This document shows, piece by piece, positions 1 through 8,543 of a stretch of DNA of 64,000 bases; position 1 is the first letter of the stretch, and each line of letters begins with the position of its first letter. The stretch lies in the NCBI GenBank assembly GCA_963664115.2, contig CAXWPJ010000009.1:192001-256000 (forward strand), given 5' to 3'. The notes under the pieces were generated by a model. It was not told the DNA's origin. It made no database searches and saw only the letters and a program-made list of their open reading frames with translations. The stretch comes from Terriglobia bacterium. GTDB taxonomy: Bacteria; Acidobacteriota; Terriglobia; 20CM-2-55-15. Both the position numbers and the translations under genes were made by a program.

Positions 1-914
1 CGTTGTTCAGAAAGATCCCGGAAGAAGCGTTCAACCATGTTGAGCCAGGATGCGCTGGTTGGCGTGAAGTGCACATGAAATCGTGAGTTGCGCTTGAGCC
101 AGTTGACGGCTTTCTGGTGTTTGTGCGTCGCATAGTTGTCGCAGATGATATGGATCTGCTTGTCTTTGGGCACGGAGCGTTTGATTGTATTGAGAAACCG
201 AATCCACTCCTGATGCCGATGCTTGGGCATGCAGGTCCCAATCACTGAACCGTCCAGGGTATTGAGCGCGGCGAACAACGTGGTCGTTCCATTGCGCTTG
301 TAATCGTGGGTCATGGTGCCACCGCGCCCCTTCTTCAAAGGTAACCCGGGTTGCGTACGATCCAGGGCCTGCATCTGGCTCTTCTCATCGCAGGATAAGA
401 CGATGGCGTTTTCCGGCGGACTCAGATACAGACCGACCACATCCTCCAGCTTCTCGGCAAATTGTTTGTCGTTGGACAGTTTGAATGTGCGTGACAGATG
501 TGGCTTCAGTCCATGGGCCCGCCAAATCCTTCCGACTGTCGCATCGCTGACTCCGGTCGCCGCCGCCATCAAAGACCGGCTCCAATGCGTCGCGTTGGGG
601 GGCTTCTCTTCAATCGTCTTCTTCACGATCCGGGCCCGCTTCCGGGCGCTGATCGAGGGAATTCGTCCACTTCGGTGCGCGTCCTTTTCGATCCCTGCCA
701 GTCCATGTCGCACAAAACGATCGCGCCATCGCCCGGCCTTCTGGCGCGTAATCTTCAGCCGGGCTGCGATATCCTGATTATTCAGCCCTTCGTCGGCCAG
801 TAAGATAATTCGGGATCGTTCTGCCAACCGTACCGTCGTACTCCGGCTTCGACTCAGTCGTTTCAATTCCTTGCGCTGTTCGTTATCCAATTCAATCGTT
901 GCTGCTTTTCTCAT
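1..914 (-). CDS. IS630-family transposase (3' part outside window)
   Basis: Same sequence as ORF 26889..27974 ([27 protein letters not shown] motifs). ATG at 914. Confidence 0.95.
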   Translation of the reverse strand, partial: MRKAATIELDNEQRKELKRLSRSRSTTVRLAERSRIILLADEGLNNQDIAARLKITRQKAGRWRDRFVRHGLAGIEKDAHRSGRIPSISARKRARIVKKTIEEKPPNATHWSRSLMAAATGVSDATVGRIWRAHGLKPHLSRTFKLSNDKQFAEKLEDVVGLYLSPPENAIVLSCDEKSQMQALDRTQPGLPLKKGRGGTMTHDYKRNGTTTLFAALNTLDGSVIGTCMPKHRHQEWIRFLNTIKRSVPKDKQIHIICDNYATHKHQKAVNWLKRNSRFHVHFTPTSASWLNMVERFFRDLSEQ

Positions 915-970
915 ACCAACATTTGACGTTGGAAAAGCAATTACGTTACATTAATTTCGACGGACTACAC
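1..970 (-). mobile_element. IS630-family element, copy A (truncated by window start)
   Basis: 1-914 appears identical to 27061-27974. Terminal ...GGACTACAC ends at 970 as in copy C. Confidence 0.95.
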
Positions 971-1207
971 TCGCGGAGCTGGATTCGCCCCCAGCACGAT
1001 GATCAAGGCGCAGAGACTCCCTTCCATGTCTCACGACTGTCTGACGAACTCTCTTGTCATCGGCAATGAGGGCAGACAGCCTTGCCGGGGTACAGGCCTC
1101 CGAGCTGGACGCCTCAGAGCGACGTGGTAAGTCTCAAATGGGGCTATACCCCCTTGATGGGAGAGAGCGTTGACAGTCAGTAACTAAAAGAAAACAGCTG
1201 CTTTACA

Positions 1208-1216
1208 TGCTAAACT
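1208..1216 (+). promoter_or_regulatory. Putative extended -10 promoter (TGcTAAACT) upstream of the tRNA fragment
   Basis: TGn+TAAACT ends 7 nt before the tRNA-like GGAGGAA start. No clear -35. Confidence 0.45.
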
Positions 1217-1223
1217 GAGCGAC

Positions 1224-1266
1224 GGAGGAATGGCCGAGTGGTTGAAGGCGGTGGTCTTGAAAACCA
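1224..1266 (+). pseudogene. 5' half of tRNA-Ser(TGA), probable integration-site fragment
   Basis: GGAGGAA-TG-GCCGAGTGGTTGAAGGC-G-GTGGT-CTTGAAA-ACCA gives the 5' acceptor strand, D-arm and anticodon arm with TGA. No GTTCGAAT T-arm or CCA follows. Confidence 0.8.
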
Positions 1267-1345
1267 AGCTGGTAATAGCTCGTTCTTTCCGCTCAATCGT
1301 TTAGCTGATCGTTGTTGCCTCGTTTTACCTACTGTTTGGGCTATT

Positions 1346-1366
1346 CTGTGGCAGAAACTGTGGCAG
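1346..1366 (+). repeat. Direct repeat CTGTGGCAG x2 (candidate integrase arm-type sites)
   Basis: CTGTGGCAG at 1346-1354 and 1358-1366, about 80 nt downstream of the tRNA fragment. Confidence 0.55.
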
Positions 1367-1434
1367 GAATCTCCCGACCGCTCGTCCGCTTTCCGCGTCA
1401 GGCTATATGTGGGCGTACCCTATGCAACCGATAG

Positions 1435-2859
1435 CTAAGGTGGGCTTAGAACAGAGGGCCCTTGGCAGCCCGTGGCAGAAGTGGCATATTTTGAGCCGGA
1501 ATTCACAGGAGTGTTCCGGGAAGGATCGGCTGCGAAATCGTTTCGGGAGCGGTGACGATCGAAAGAGAGCGTTGCATAGTGGCTCCAGAGCAGTATCAGG
1601 GTGAACAAGGCAGTGACATGCTGGCCCTGAAGGCCTCGCGGTGTGCCATTCCCGAAATTGTTCCGAAGAATCAGGCTCAGATTCAACGCAGCGTACTGAA
1701 TCAGAACACGCTTGAGAATGTTGTCGCGATGTCGCAGGTGAACCCGACGCATTGCGCCAGTTTCCAGCGTGTGCGCAAACGGTTGTTCCAACATCAGTCC
1801 CCGCTGTCGGAGTAACCGCTTGCCCCGCTCACCCCGGATCCGCCGCCGGTTCGCATAGACGGCCTTTTGTTCGTCGGGCTTGCCTTTCCAGTTGCGCCGG
1901 CCCCGGTCCGGCTCCGAGATGTAGCTGCGCATATTGAGGTCCCTGAAACCGGTCAGCGTATCGTTACTGTGATATCCCTTATCGGCCACGATTTCGGAGA
2001 GGCAATCATCCCGCAACTTCGATTCAGGATCGGCCGCCAGTGTCTCCATCTGACGAGCCGCTTCGATCATCGTCTCTTTGATCGTCGTCGTGTCGCCCTG
2101 GTCGGTGCCCTGCACGGTGACTGCCAGGATGGCCCCGGTCTTCATGTCGGCGGCATGTGCGACCTTGTGCGCCAGATCAGTCCGGCCGTCCTTCATCTTC
2201 GTGATTCGCGCGTCCGGGTCGTGGGGATGTTCCCACTCTTTGTTCGATCCCTTCTTCGTGCGCTTTCGGTCCAGCCGGGCCCGCTCGGCCTGGGTCGGAG
2301 TCTCAATGCCCGACGCCTGCGCCAGCCGTGTCAGGAACTCGTTGTAGGCTTCTCCGGTATCCCGTCTCACGATCGTTCGCATCGCCGCATTCGCCTCCAG
2401 CGTCGATGCATCCACGCCCACCGTCTTCCCATCGATCAGGCCCTCACTGGCCAACACGCCCAACATCCACGAAAAAACCTTTCCATGCGTTTCCAGATCG
2501 ATCAGCCGTCGGGTTCGCGACACCGTCGAATGATCCGCCACCGCGTCGCTCAGTCCCAATCCCAGAAATTCCCGCAAGCTCAGAGAATCGGCACACCGCC
2601 ATGCGATTCCCCGCTCCGAATCGATCCCTTCAAAGTAGCCGACCAGCAGCATCCGAAAATACCTGCCCGGTGCCAGGCTCGGCCGACCCATCACTGCGGC
2701 GTAGAACTTCTCGCAGGCATCCTCGACGAACCGGTCGAAATTCGTCTCATTCAGGATTCGGTTCACCCGTTCATAGAACACGTGGCCCGCGGTTCGCGGC
2801 AACTCCGCCGTCGCCACCCACAACGTCTCCTGTCGGTCCTTTCTTCGTCCCATTCCCAT
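1435..2859 (-). CDS. IS1182-like DDE transposase
   Basis: GRPS..P, SER, DHST.SR.R N-terminal motifs, then VDAST, DPDA and ADKGY. Reads through the terminal repeat to a stop in flanking DNA. Confidence 0.9.
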   Translation of the reverse strand: MGMGRRKDRQETLWVATAELPRTAGHVFYERVNRILNETNFDRFVEDACEKFYAAVMGRPSLAPGRYFRMLLVGYFEGIDSERGIAWRCADSLSLREFLGLGLSDAVADHSTVSRTRRLIDLETHGKVFSWMLGVLASEGLIDGKTVGVDASTLEANAAMRTIVRRDTGEAYNEFLTRLAQASGIETPTQAERARLDRKRTKKGSNKEWEHPHDPDARITKMKDGRTDLAHKVAHAADMKTGAILAVTVQGTDQGDTTTIKETMIEAARQMETLAADPESKLRDDCLSEIVADKGYHSNDTLTGFRDLNMRSYISEPDRGRRNWKGKPDEQKAVYANRRRIRGERGKRLLRQRGLMLEQPFAHTLETGAMRRVHLRHRDNILKRVLIQYAALNLSLILRNNFGNGTPRGLQGQHVTALFTLILLWSHYATLSFDRHRSRNDFAADPSRNTPVNSGSKYATSATGCQGPSVLSPP

Positions 2860-2950
2860 AGCGCGGTCTCCTTACCTCAATGTTCCTCGCGATATGGTCG
2901 CATCCGGTCCTTCTTCTAAATACTATGAAACCGACTTTCACCACGGGCTG
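1466..2950 (-). mobile_element. IS1182-like insertion sequence
   Basis: Imperfect terminal inverted repeats CAGCCCGTGGCAGAAGT (from 1466) and ACTTTCACCACGGGCTG (to 2950). Flanks are TTGG and CTAG. Confidence 0.85.
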
Positions 2951-2954
2951 CTAG

Positions 2955-4422
2955 TACTACTGTGTTACAAAATGACGAGCTTGTGTTAGCATTGGCACAT
3001 GAGCGCCAAAACGAAGGCGCCAGGCACTCAGGAAGAACGTTTTGCGGCCTATATGGAACGCCTGGCGTCGGCCGCCGGACACGCCGACCGTCATGAACCG
3101 CTGAAGTGGTACTGCAAGGGATTGCTGCTGCCAATCAAGCGCAAGAGCGTGGAGCCGATGGCGGCGCGATTGGCTCCGGATAATGTGCGCCAAATGCATC
3201 AGTCGCTGCATCACCTGGTGGCGGATGCCCCCTGGGAGGATGCGGCCATATTGCGACAAGTCCGGGAGTCGACGTTGCCGGGGATGGAAGCGCACGGTCC
3301 GATTGAATCGTGGATTGTCGACGACACCGGATTCGTGAAGAAGGGGACCCACTCGGTAGGTGTGGCCCGGCAATACTGTGGACAGGTCGGCAAGCAGGAG
3401 AACTGCCGGGTGGCGGTCAGTCTGTCGGTAGCGACGGCGAAATCGAGTCTGCCCGTGGCATGGCGGCTGTACCTGCCGAAGCTTTGGGCGAACGATGCCG
3501 AACGCCGCAAGAAGACCGGTGTCCCCGACGCGGTTGGATTCCAGACCAAAATCGCGATTGCTCTGGACCAAATCCGACAGGCGATTGCGGACGGTGTGGG
3601 GACGGCTCCCGTGTTGGCCGATGCCGCCTACGGCAACGACAGTAAGTTTCGCGCGACGATTACCGCACTGGGGCTGCCTTATGTGGTTGGCATCCAATCC
3701 TCGACCTCGGTCTGGGAGCCCGGTCGGCAACCCCTGCCCAAGAAGTCGTGGACCGGCCAGGGGCGCCCGCCGACGCTGTTGAGGCGTCACAAGAAGCATC
3801 GTCCTGTTTCGGTCAAACAACTGGCTCTCTCCTTGCCTCGACAAAAATGGAAGAACGTGTCCTGGCGCGAAGGCACGGCCGACACGTTGCGCTCCCGCTT
3901 CGCCGCAATCCGGATTCGCACGGCTCATCGCGATCATGAGCGCCACGAGCCCCATCCGGAAGAATGGTTGTTGATCGAATGGCCCAAGACCGAATCCGAA
4001 CCGGTTCAATACTGGCTCTCCAGTCTCGGGACCAATACCTCTCTTTCAAATCTGGTCTATCGGGCCAAGCATCGCTGGATCATCGAACGCGACTATCAGG
4101 AACTCAAGCAGGAACTCGGACTGGGCCATTACGAAGGTCGCGGCTGGCGTGGATTTCACCACCATGGCGCTTTATGCATCGCAGCTTATGGGTTCCTGGT
4201 CGCTGAGCGGAACCGTTTTTCCCCCTCTGCATTTGTCACGCATGTTGGACTATCCGTCCCCCAACTCCCCAGACACTTCAAACCCCGCGGAGCCCCGGAT
4301 CCGGCCCGAGCGACATAATCCGTGCTCGATCGCCTCACTTCGCATTCGCATCGCACGATTCCTCATCCAGCAACTCCCGTGCTGTCCGCTCTGTGGGCCG
4401 CTTCGTTTGTAACACAGTAGTA
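2955..4422 (+). mobile_element. IS701-family insertion sequence
   Basis: Perfect inverted repeats TACTACTGTGTTACAAA (2955-2971) and TTTGTAACACAGTAGTA (4406-4422). Flanks are CTAG and CTAT. Confidence 0.92.
2999..4318 (+). CDS. IS701-family transposase
   Basis: RKSVEPMA, IVDDTGFVKKGTHSVGVARQYCG, ADAAYG, RWIIERDYQELKQELGLGHYEGR motifs. Confidence 0.95.
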   Translation: MSAKTKAPGTQEERFAAYMERLASAAGHADRHEPLKWYCKGLLLPIKRKSVEPMAARLAPDNVRQMHQSLHHLVADAPWEDAAILRQVRESTLPGMEAHGPIESWIVDDTGFVKKGTHSVGVARQYCGQVGKQENCRVAVSLSVATAKSSLPVAWRLYLPKLWANDAERRKKTGVPDAVGFQTKIAIALDQIRQAIADGVGTAPVLADAAYGNDSKFRATITALGLPYVVGIQSSTSVWEPGRQPLPKKSWTGQGRPPTLLRRHKKHRPVSVKQLALSLPRQKWKNVSWREGTADTLRSRFAAIRIRTAHRDHERHEPHPEEWLLIEWPKTESEPVQYWLSSLGTNTSLSNLVYRAKHRWIIERDYQELKQELGLGHYEGRGWRGFHHHGALCIAAYGFLVAERNRFSPSAFVTHVGLSVPQLPRHFKPRGAPDPARAT

Positions 4423-5106
4423 CTATGTGCTTGCAGGAAAATTTCGATTGGGAAAAAAGGTCGGGGCGGAAGGGATGGGGATCGTGTACCGTGCAGTCGA
4501 TCTGACCCTGCGGCGACCGGTGGCAATAAAGGCCTTGCCCCGCATGTCACCCGTAGCATCACTTCGTTTGCGGCGGGAAGCTCGAGCTATTGCTGCGGTA
4601 AATCACCCCAATCTCGCCATGATATTCGGCGCTCAGACTTGGAAAGGCACTCCGATGCTCGTCTTCGAGTTTCTCGAAGGTGGCAGTCTTCGAGATCTAT
4701 TAAAACGAGGACAATTGCCTTACGCTGAGGCGCTTCAACTCGGCATCACACTGGCTGACGTACTCGACCATATACACGGCGCCGGTATCCTGCACCGGGA
4801 CATTAAGCCAGGCAACATTGGATTCACGGCAACTCACGTCCCGAAACTGATGGATTTTGGCCTGGCGAGGATTTTTTCGTGGACACAGTGGCAGGACCAC
4901 TCAACGCTATATCGTGAGAACGAAGATCCAGACCAGACCTTGACCGTTCCCTTCGGTTCCACCGGTGACGGGAAAGGTTTGGCTGGAACACCGCTCTATT
5001 TGTCTCCAGAAGCGATTAAGGGTCTAAAACCATCTCCCCTGAACGATTTGTGGGCTTTGGCGATAACGCTGTTCGAATCTTTGGCCGGCGCACACCCTCT
5101 TGCTGA

Positions 5107-6491
5107 GAGTTATAACCGAATCTGGTGTTTGAGGGATTGAATAAGAGCGGCGTATCTGGTTGATTTGTTGTGACAAAACTTCAAAGCAACCATAGGAGAT
5201 ACGCCACTGTGAGCAAGAGTAACGTGAATGGACCGGAAGGTCGAGAAACGATTGAGGATCCAGTAACAGAACTACTACGAGTTGGGGCACAGCAACTGAT
5301 CCAACGCGCAGTGGAAGCCGAATTGGCAGAGCTGCTATCCCAGCACGGTGGCCGGCGAACTGAGACAGGAAACGCCGGGGTGGTACGCAACGGTTATCTG
5401 CCGGAACGCGAACTGCAGACGGGATTGGGTCCGGTAACAGTCCAAATCCCGAAGGTCCGTGCCAAGACGGGCGAAGCTGTGACGTTCCGATCGGCCCTGG
5501 TACCACCGTACATTCGGAAGACGAAGTCGCTGGAAGCAGCGGTGCCGTGGTTGTATTTGAAAGGCGTTTCCAGCGGCGAGATGGGTGAGGCCCTAAAAGT
5601 TCTTGTCGGTCCCCAGGCGCAGGGTCTGTCGGCGAGCACGGTATCGCGGTTGAAACAGGTTTGGGGCGAACAGTACCGCCTCGGATGCGAGGAGCGTTTG
5701 GATGCAGATCGCTGGGTCTATGTCTGGGCCGACGGCATCTACAGCGGACTTCGGGCGGAACAAACCAAGTTGTGTGCATTGGTCGTGATCGGCGTGAATG
5801 AACGCGGAGAGAAGCGTTTCCTGGCGATCGAAGACGGTGTACGGGAATCGACACAGAGTTGGCGCGAGGTCTTGTTGAAGCTGAAGTCCCGTGGGATGAA
5901 TGTTCCGAAGTTGGCCATCGGTGACGGTGCGATGGGGTTCTGGGCCGCACTGGAGGAAATCTATCCCGAGACACGTCAACAACGTTGCTGGATGCACAAA
6001 GTCATGAACGTCCTCAACTGCCTGCCCAAGTCGGTCCAGGCGAAGGCGAAACAGGCCCTGCACTCGATCTGGCAGGCCGAGACGAAGGCAGACGCCGAGA
6101 AGGCATTCGACTTGTTCATTGAAACCTATGAACCGAAGTATCCGAAAGCCACACTCTGCCTGCAGAAAGACAGAGAGGAACTGCTGGCCTTTTACGACTT
6201 TCCGGCCAAGCACTGGCAGAGCATCAGAACGACGAATCCCATTGAGTCGACCTTTGCCACCATTCGACACCGAACGAAGCGATCCAGAGGTTGCCTGACA
6301 CGGGATGGCATGCTGCACATGATGTTCAAACTGGGCCAGTGCGCTGAGAACAATTGGCGACGATTACGAGGATTCGATGATCTGAGCAAGGTAATCATCG
6401 GAGTGAAATTCAACGATGGTGTCGAAGCGACACAAGTCGATCAGGCCGCCGCTTGAATCAATCTCCTAAACACCACTTTTGACAATAACTC
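5107..6491 (+). mobile_element. IS256-family insertion sequence with 9-bp target duplication
   Basis: Ends GAGTTAT...ATAACTC with extended imperfect inverted repeats. TCTTGCTGA is duplicated at 5098-5106 and 6492-6500. Confidence 0.95.
5209..6456 (+). CDS. IS256-family (mutator-type) transposase
   Basis: RNGY, YVWADG, IGDGAMGF, QRCWMH, TTNPIES motifs. AGGAG SD before the GTG at 5209. Confidence 0.95.
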   Translation: MSKSNVNGPEGRETIEDPVTELLRVGAQQLIQRAVEAELAELLSQHGGRRTETGNAGVVRNGYLPERELQTGLGPVTVQIPKVRAKTGEAVTFRSALVPPYIRKTKSLEAAVPWLYLKGVSSGEMGEALKVLVGPQAQGLSASTVSRLKQVWGEQYRLGCEERLDADRWVYVWADGIYSGLRAEQTKLCALVVIGVNERGEKRFLAIEDGVRESTQSWREVLLKLKSRGMNVPKLAIGDGAMGFWAALEEIYPETRQQRCWMHKVMNVLNCLPKSVQAKAKQALHSIWQAETKADAEKAFDLFIETYEPKYPKATLCLQKDREELLAFYDFPAKHWQSIRTTNPIESTFATIRHRTKRSRGCLTRDGMLHMMFKLGQCAENNWRRLRGFDDLSKVIIGVKFNDGVEATQVDQAAA

Positions 6492-7392
6492 TCTTGCTGA
6501 CTGTCCGGCCCACGAAATCAACGAACGCATTGCCAAAAGTAGTCTTCCAAGAATTGAAAGTGTCTTTCCCGAGTGCACTCCCGATCTCTCAAGTTTCTTC
6601 AACCGTGCGCTCGCTTCGGACCCATCACTCAGACACGCATCAGGAAGAGAATTCCAGGAACATTTGGAGGACGTAGCCGGATCCGCCATGAGTCGGACCC
6701 ACTCGCCCTGACTGCCTGAGTCTAACGAACCCGTCCAGCATCGCAGATGGGTTCGATGTCAGTGGACAGCTGTGTTCTTCAGGCCGAGGTGCCTCGGATT
6801 CGGATCGAACCGACATCGTCTTTCAAGTTGTGCCGGGCGATCAATCTATGAAGGTTATTGGGGTGGACCCCCAGAAGTCGGGCAGCTTCGGCAATGTTTC
6901 CATCTGCCGAACGAATTGCATCCAGAATTATGCGTTTCGTGGCGTCATTGATCGCATCGTAAAGTTTGGGCATCCGTGAGTCGGCCTGAGCATTACCTCG
7001 AGTAAGCTCATCCGGGAGGTCCTGCGCCAGAATGAGTTGACCGTCGGCCTTGATCACGGCGTGCTCAATCGCATTCTGTAATTGACGGATGTTCCCGGGC
7101 CAGTCGTGATTCAAAAGACAACCATGTGCAGCATCTGATATTCCGCTGACAGCCTTGCCATATTTCTCGCTGGCAGTCTGAACGAAACGAGCGGCAAGGC
7201 CCCGAATGTCGTCCCGCCGCTTTCTGAGCGGTGGGACTTCTATACTGAAGACATTCAACCTGTGGTAAAGGTCTTCGCGAAACGAACCCCGATCGATCGC
7301 CGACTTCAAATCCACATGCGTCGCAGCTATTAATCGGATATCGACTTTGAGCGTAGCGTTCCCACCCACTCTTTGAAACTGACCTGTTTCTA

Positions 7393-8543
7393 GTGGTCCC
7401 CGTTAAACAGACTGTAACTTATCAAGATTTCGCCGGCCGCGCTGGACTTTAGCAAGGATGTCGGAAGCCGTTGCAGTCCAGATGAAGGGTTTCGGGTCTT
7501 CATTGTGACGAGCGAGGTAGTCCTCCACGGCCTGGATCAACTCGGGGACCGAGCGGAAAACGCCACGCCGGAGTCGTTGCTCGGACAGATCCCGGAAAAA
7601 GCGCTCGACCATGTTGAGCCACGACGCACTGGTTGGCGTGAAGTGCACATGAAAACGCTTGTTACGCTTGAGCCAGTTGACGACTTTCTGATGTTTGTGA
7701 GTCGCATAGTTGTCGCAAATAATGTGGATCTCCTTATCTTTCGGCATGGCGCGTTTGATCTGATTCAGAAACCGGATCCATTCCTGATGGCGATGCTTTG
7801 GCATGCAGGTTCCGATGACCGAACCGTCCAGGATGTTGAGCGCGGCGAAAAGCGTGGTTGTCCCGTTACGTTTGTAATCGTGGGTCATGGTGCCACACCG
7901 CCCCTTCTTCAGAGGTAACCCGGGTTGCGTGCGGTCCAGGGCCTGCATCTGGCTCTTCTCATCGCAGGACAAGACAATGGCGTTTTCCGGTGGGCTCAGA
8001 TACAGACCGACCACATCCTCCAGCTTTTCGGCGAATCGTTTGTCGTTGGATAGTTTGAAGGTTCGTGACAGATGAGGCTTCAGTCCATGGACCCGCCAGA
8101 TTTTCCCGACCGTGGACTCGCTCACGCCAACGGCCTTCGCCATCGAGGCCCGACTCCAGTGCGTCGCGTTCGGGGGCTTCTCTTCCAGTGTCTTCTTGAC
8201 GATCCGGGCTCGCTTCCGGCGACTGATCGTGGGAATCCGTCCGCTTCGCGGCGCATCCTTTTCGATCCCAGCCAAGCCCTGTTCCACAAAACGATTGCGC
8301 CAGCGGCCCGCTTTCTGGCGCGTGATCTCCAAGCGGGCGGCGATCTCATAATTGTTCCGACCTTCAGCGGCCAGTAATACAATTCGGGATCGTTCCGCCA
8401 ACCGGACCGATGTACTCCGGCTTCGACTCAGTCGCTCCAACTCCATCCGCTGCTTGTCATCCAATTCAATGGTCGGTGCTTTCCTCATTCTCTATTGGAC
8501 GTTGGAAAGCTATTTTAGTTACATTACTTCGAGCGGGGTACAC
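7393..8543 (-). mobile_element. IS630-family element, copy B (diverged isoform), TA duplication
   Basis: TA (7391-92) GTGGTCCCCG ... GGGGTACAC TA (8544-45). The original target was C-TA-G. Confidence 0.95.
7403..8488 (-). CDS. IS630-family transposase
   Basis: 361 aa with [20 protein letters not shown] and [10 protein letters not shown] motifs. Confidence 0.95.
   Translation of the reverse strand: MRKAPTIELDDKQRMELERLSRSRSTSVRLAERSRIVLLAAEGRNNYEIAARLEITRQKAGRWRNRFVEQGLAGIEKDAPRSGRIPTISRRKRARIVKKTLEEKPPNATHWSRASMAKAVGVSESTVGKIWRVHGLKPHLSRTFKLSNDKRFAEKLEDVVGLYLSPPENAIVLSCDEKSQMQALDRTQPGLPLKKGRCGTMTHDYKRNGTTTLFAALNILDGSVIGTCMPKHRHQEWIRFLNQIKRAMPKDKEIHIICDNYATHKHQKVVNWLKRNKRFHVHFTPTSASWLNMVERFFRDLSEQRLRRGVFRSVPELIQAVEDYLARHNEDPKPFIWTATASDILAKVQRGRRNLDKLQSV

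Larger units (their letters stand above)
4423..6711 (+). pseudogene. Hanks-type Ser/Thr protein kinase, abutted by IS701 at its 5' end and split by IS256
   Basis: VAIK, HPN, HRDIKPGN, DFG, GTPLYLSPE and DLW motifs in 4427-5106. Removing IS256 continues the frame LADCPAHE...ALASDPSLR...HSP-stop (6709-6711). Confidence 0.9.

Noticed and set aside
1224-1291. Functional T-arm-less tRNA-Ser (AGCTG-GTAA-TAGCT hairpin, TTCTTTCC-G pairing with GGAGGAA)
   Set aside because: Acceptor pairing needs a bulge and wobble, the anticodon stem top is mismatched, and there is no T-loop or CCA. An att-site fragment is the simpler explanation.
1348-1480. GTGGCAGAA shared between the arm-like repeat and the IS1182-like terminal repeat
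   Set aside because: A single 9-mer match is compatible with chance, and no mechanism is supported.
1867-2919. Long antisense or alternative-frame ORFs (also 2957..4009, 5024..5974, 12008..13096, 22174..23238, 28824..30212)
   Set aside because: Shadows of well-supported genes in GC-rich DNA, with no recognisable motifs.
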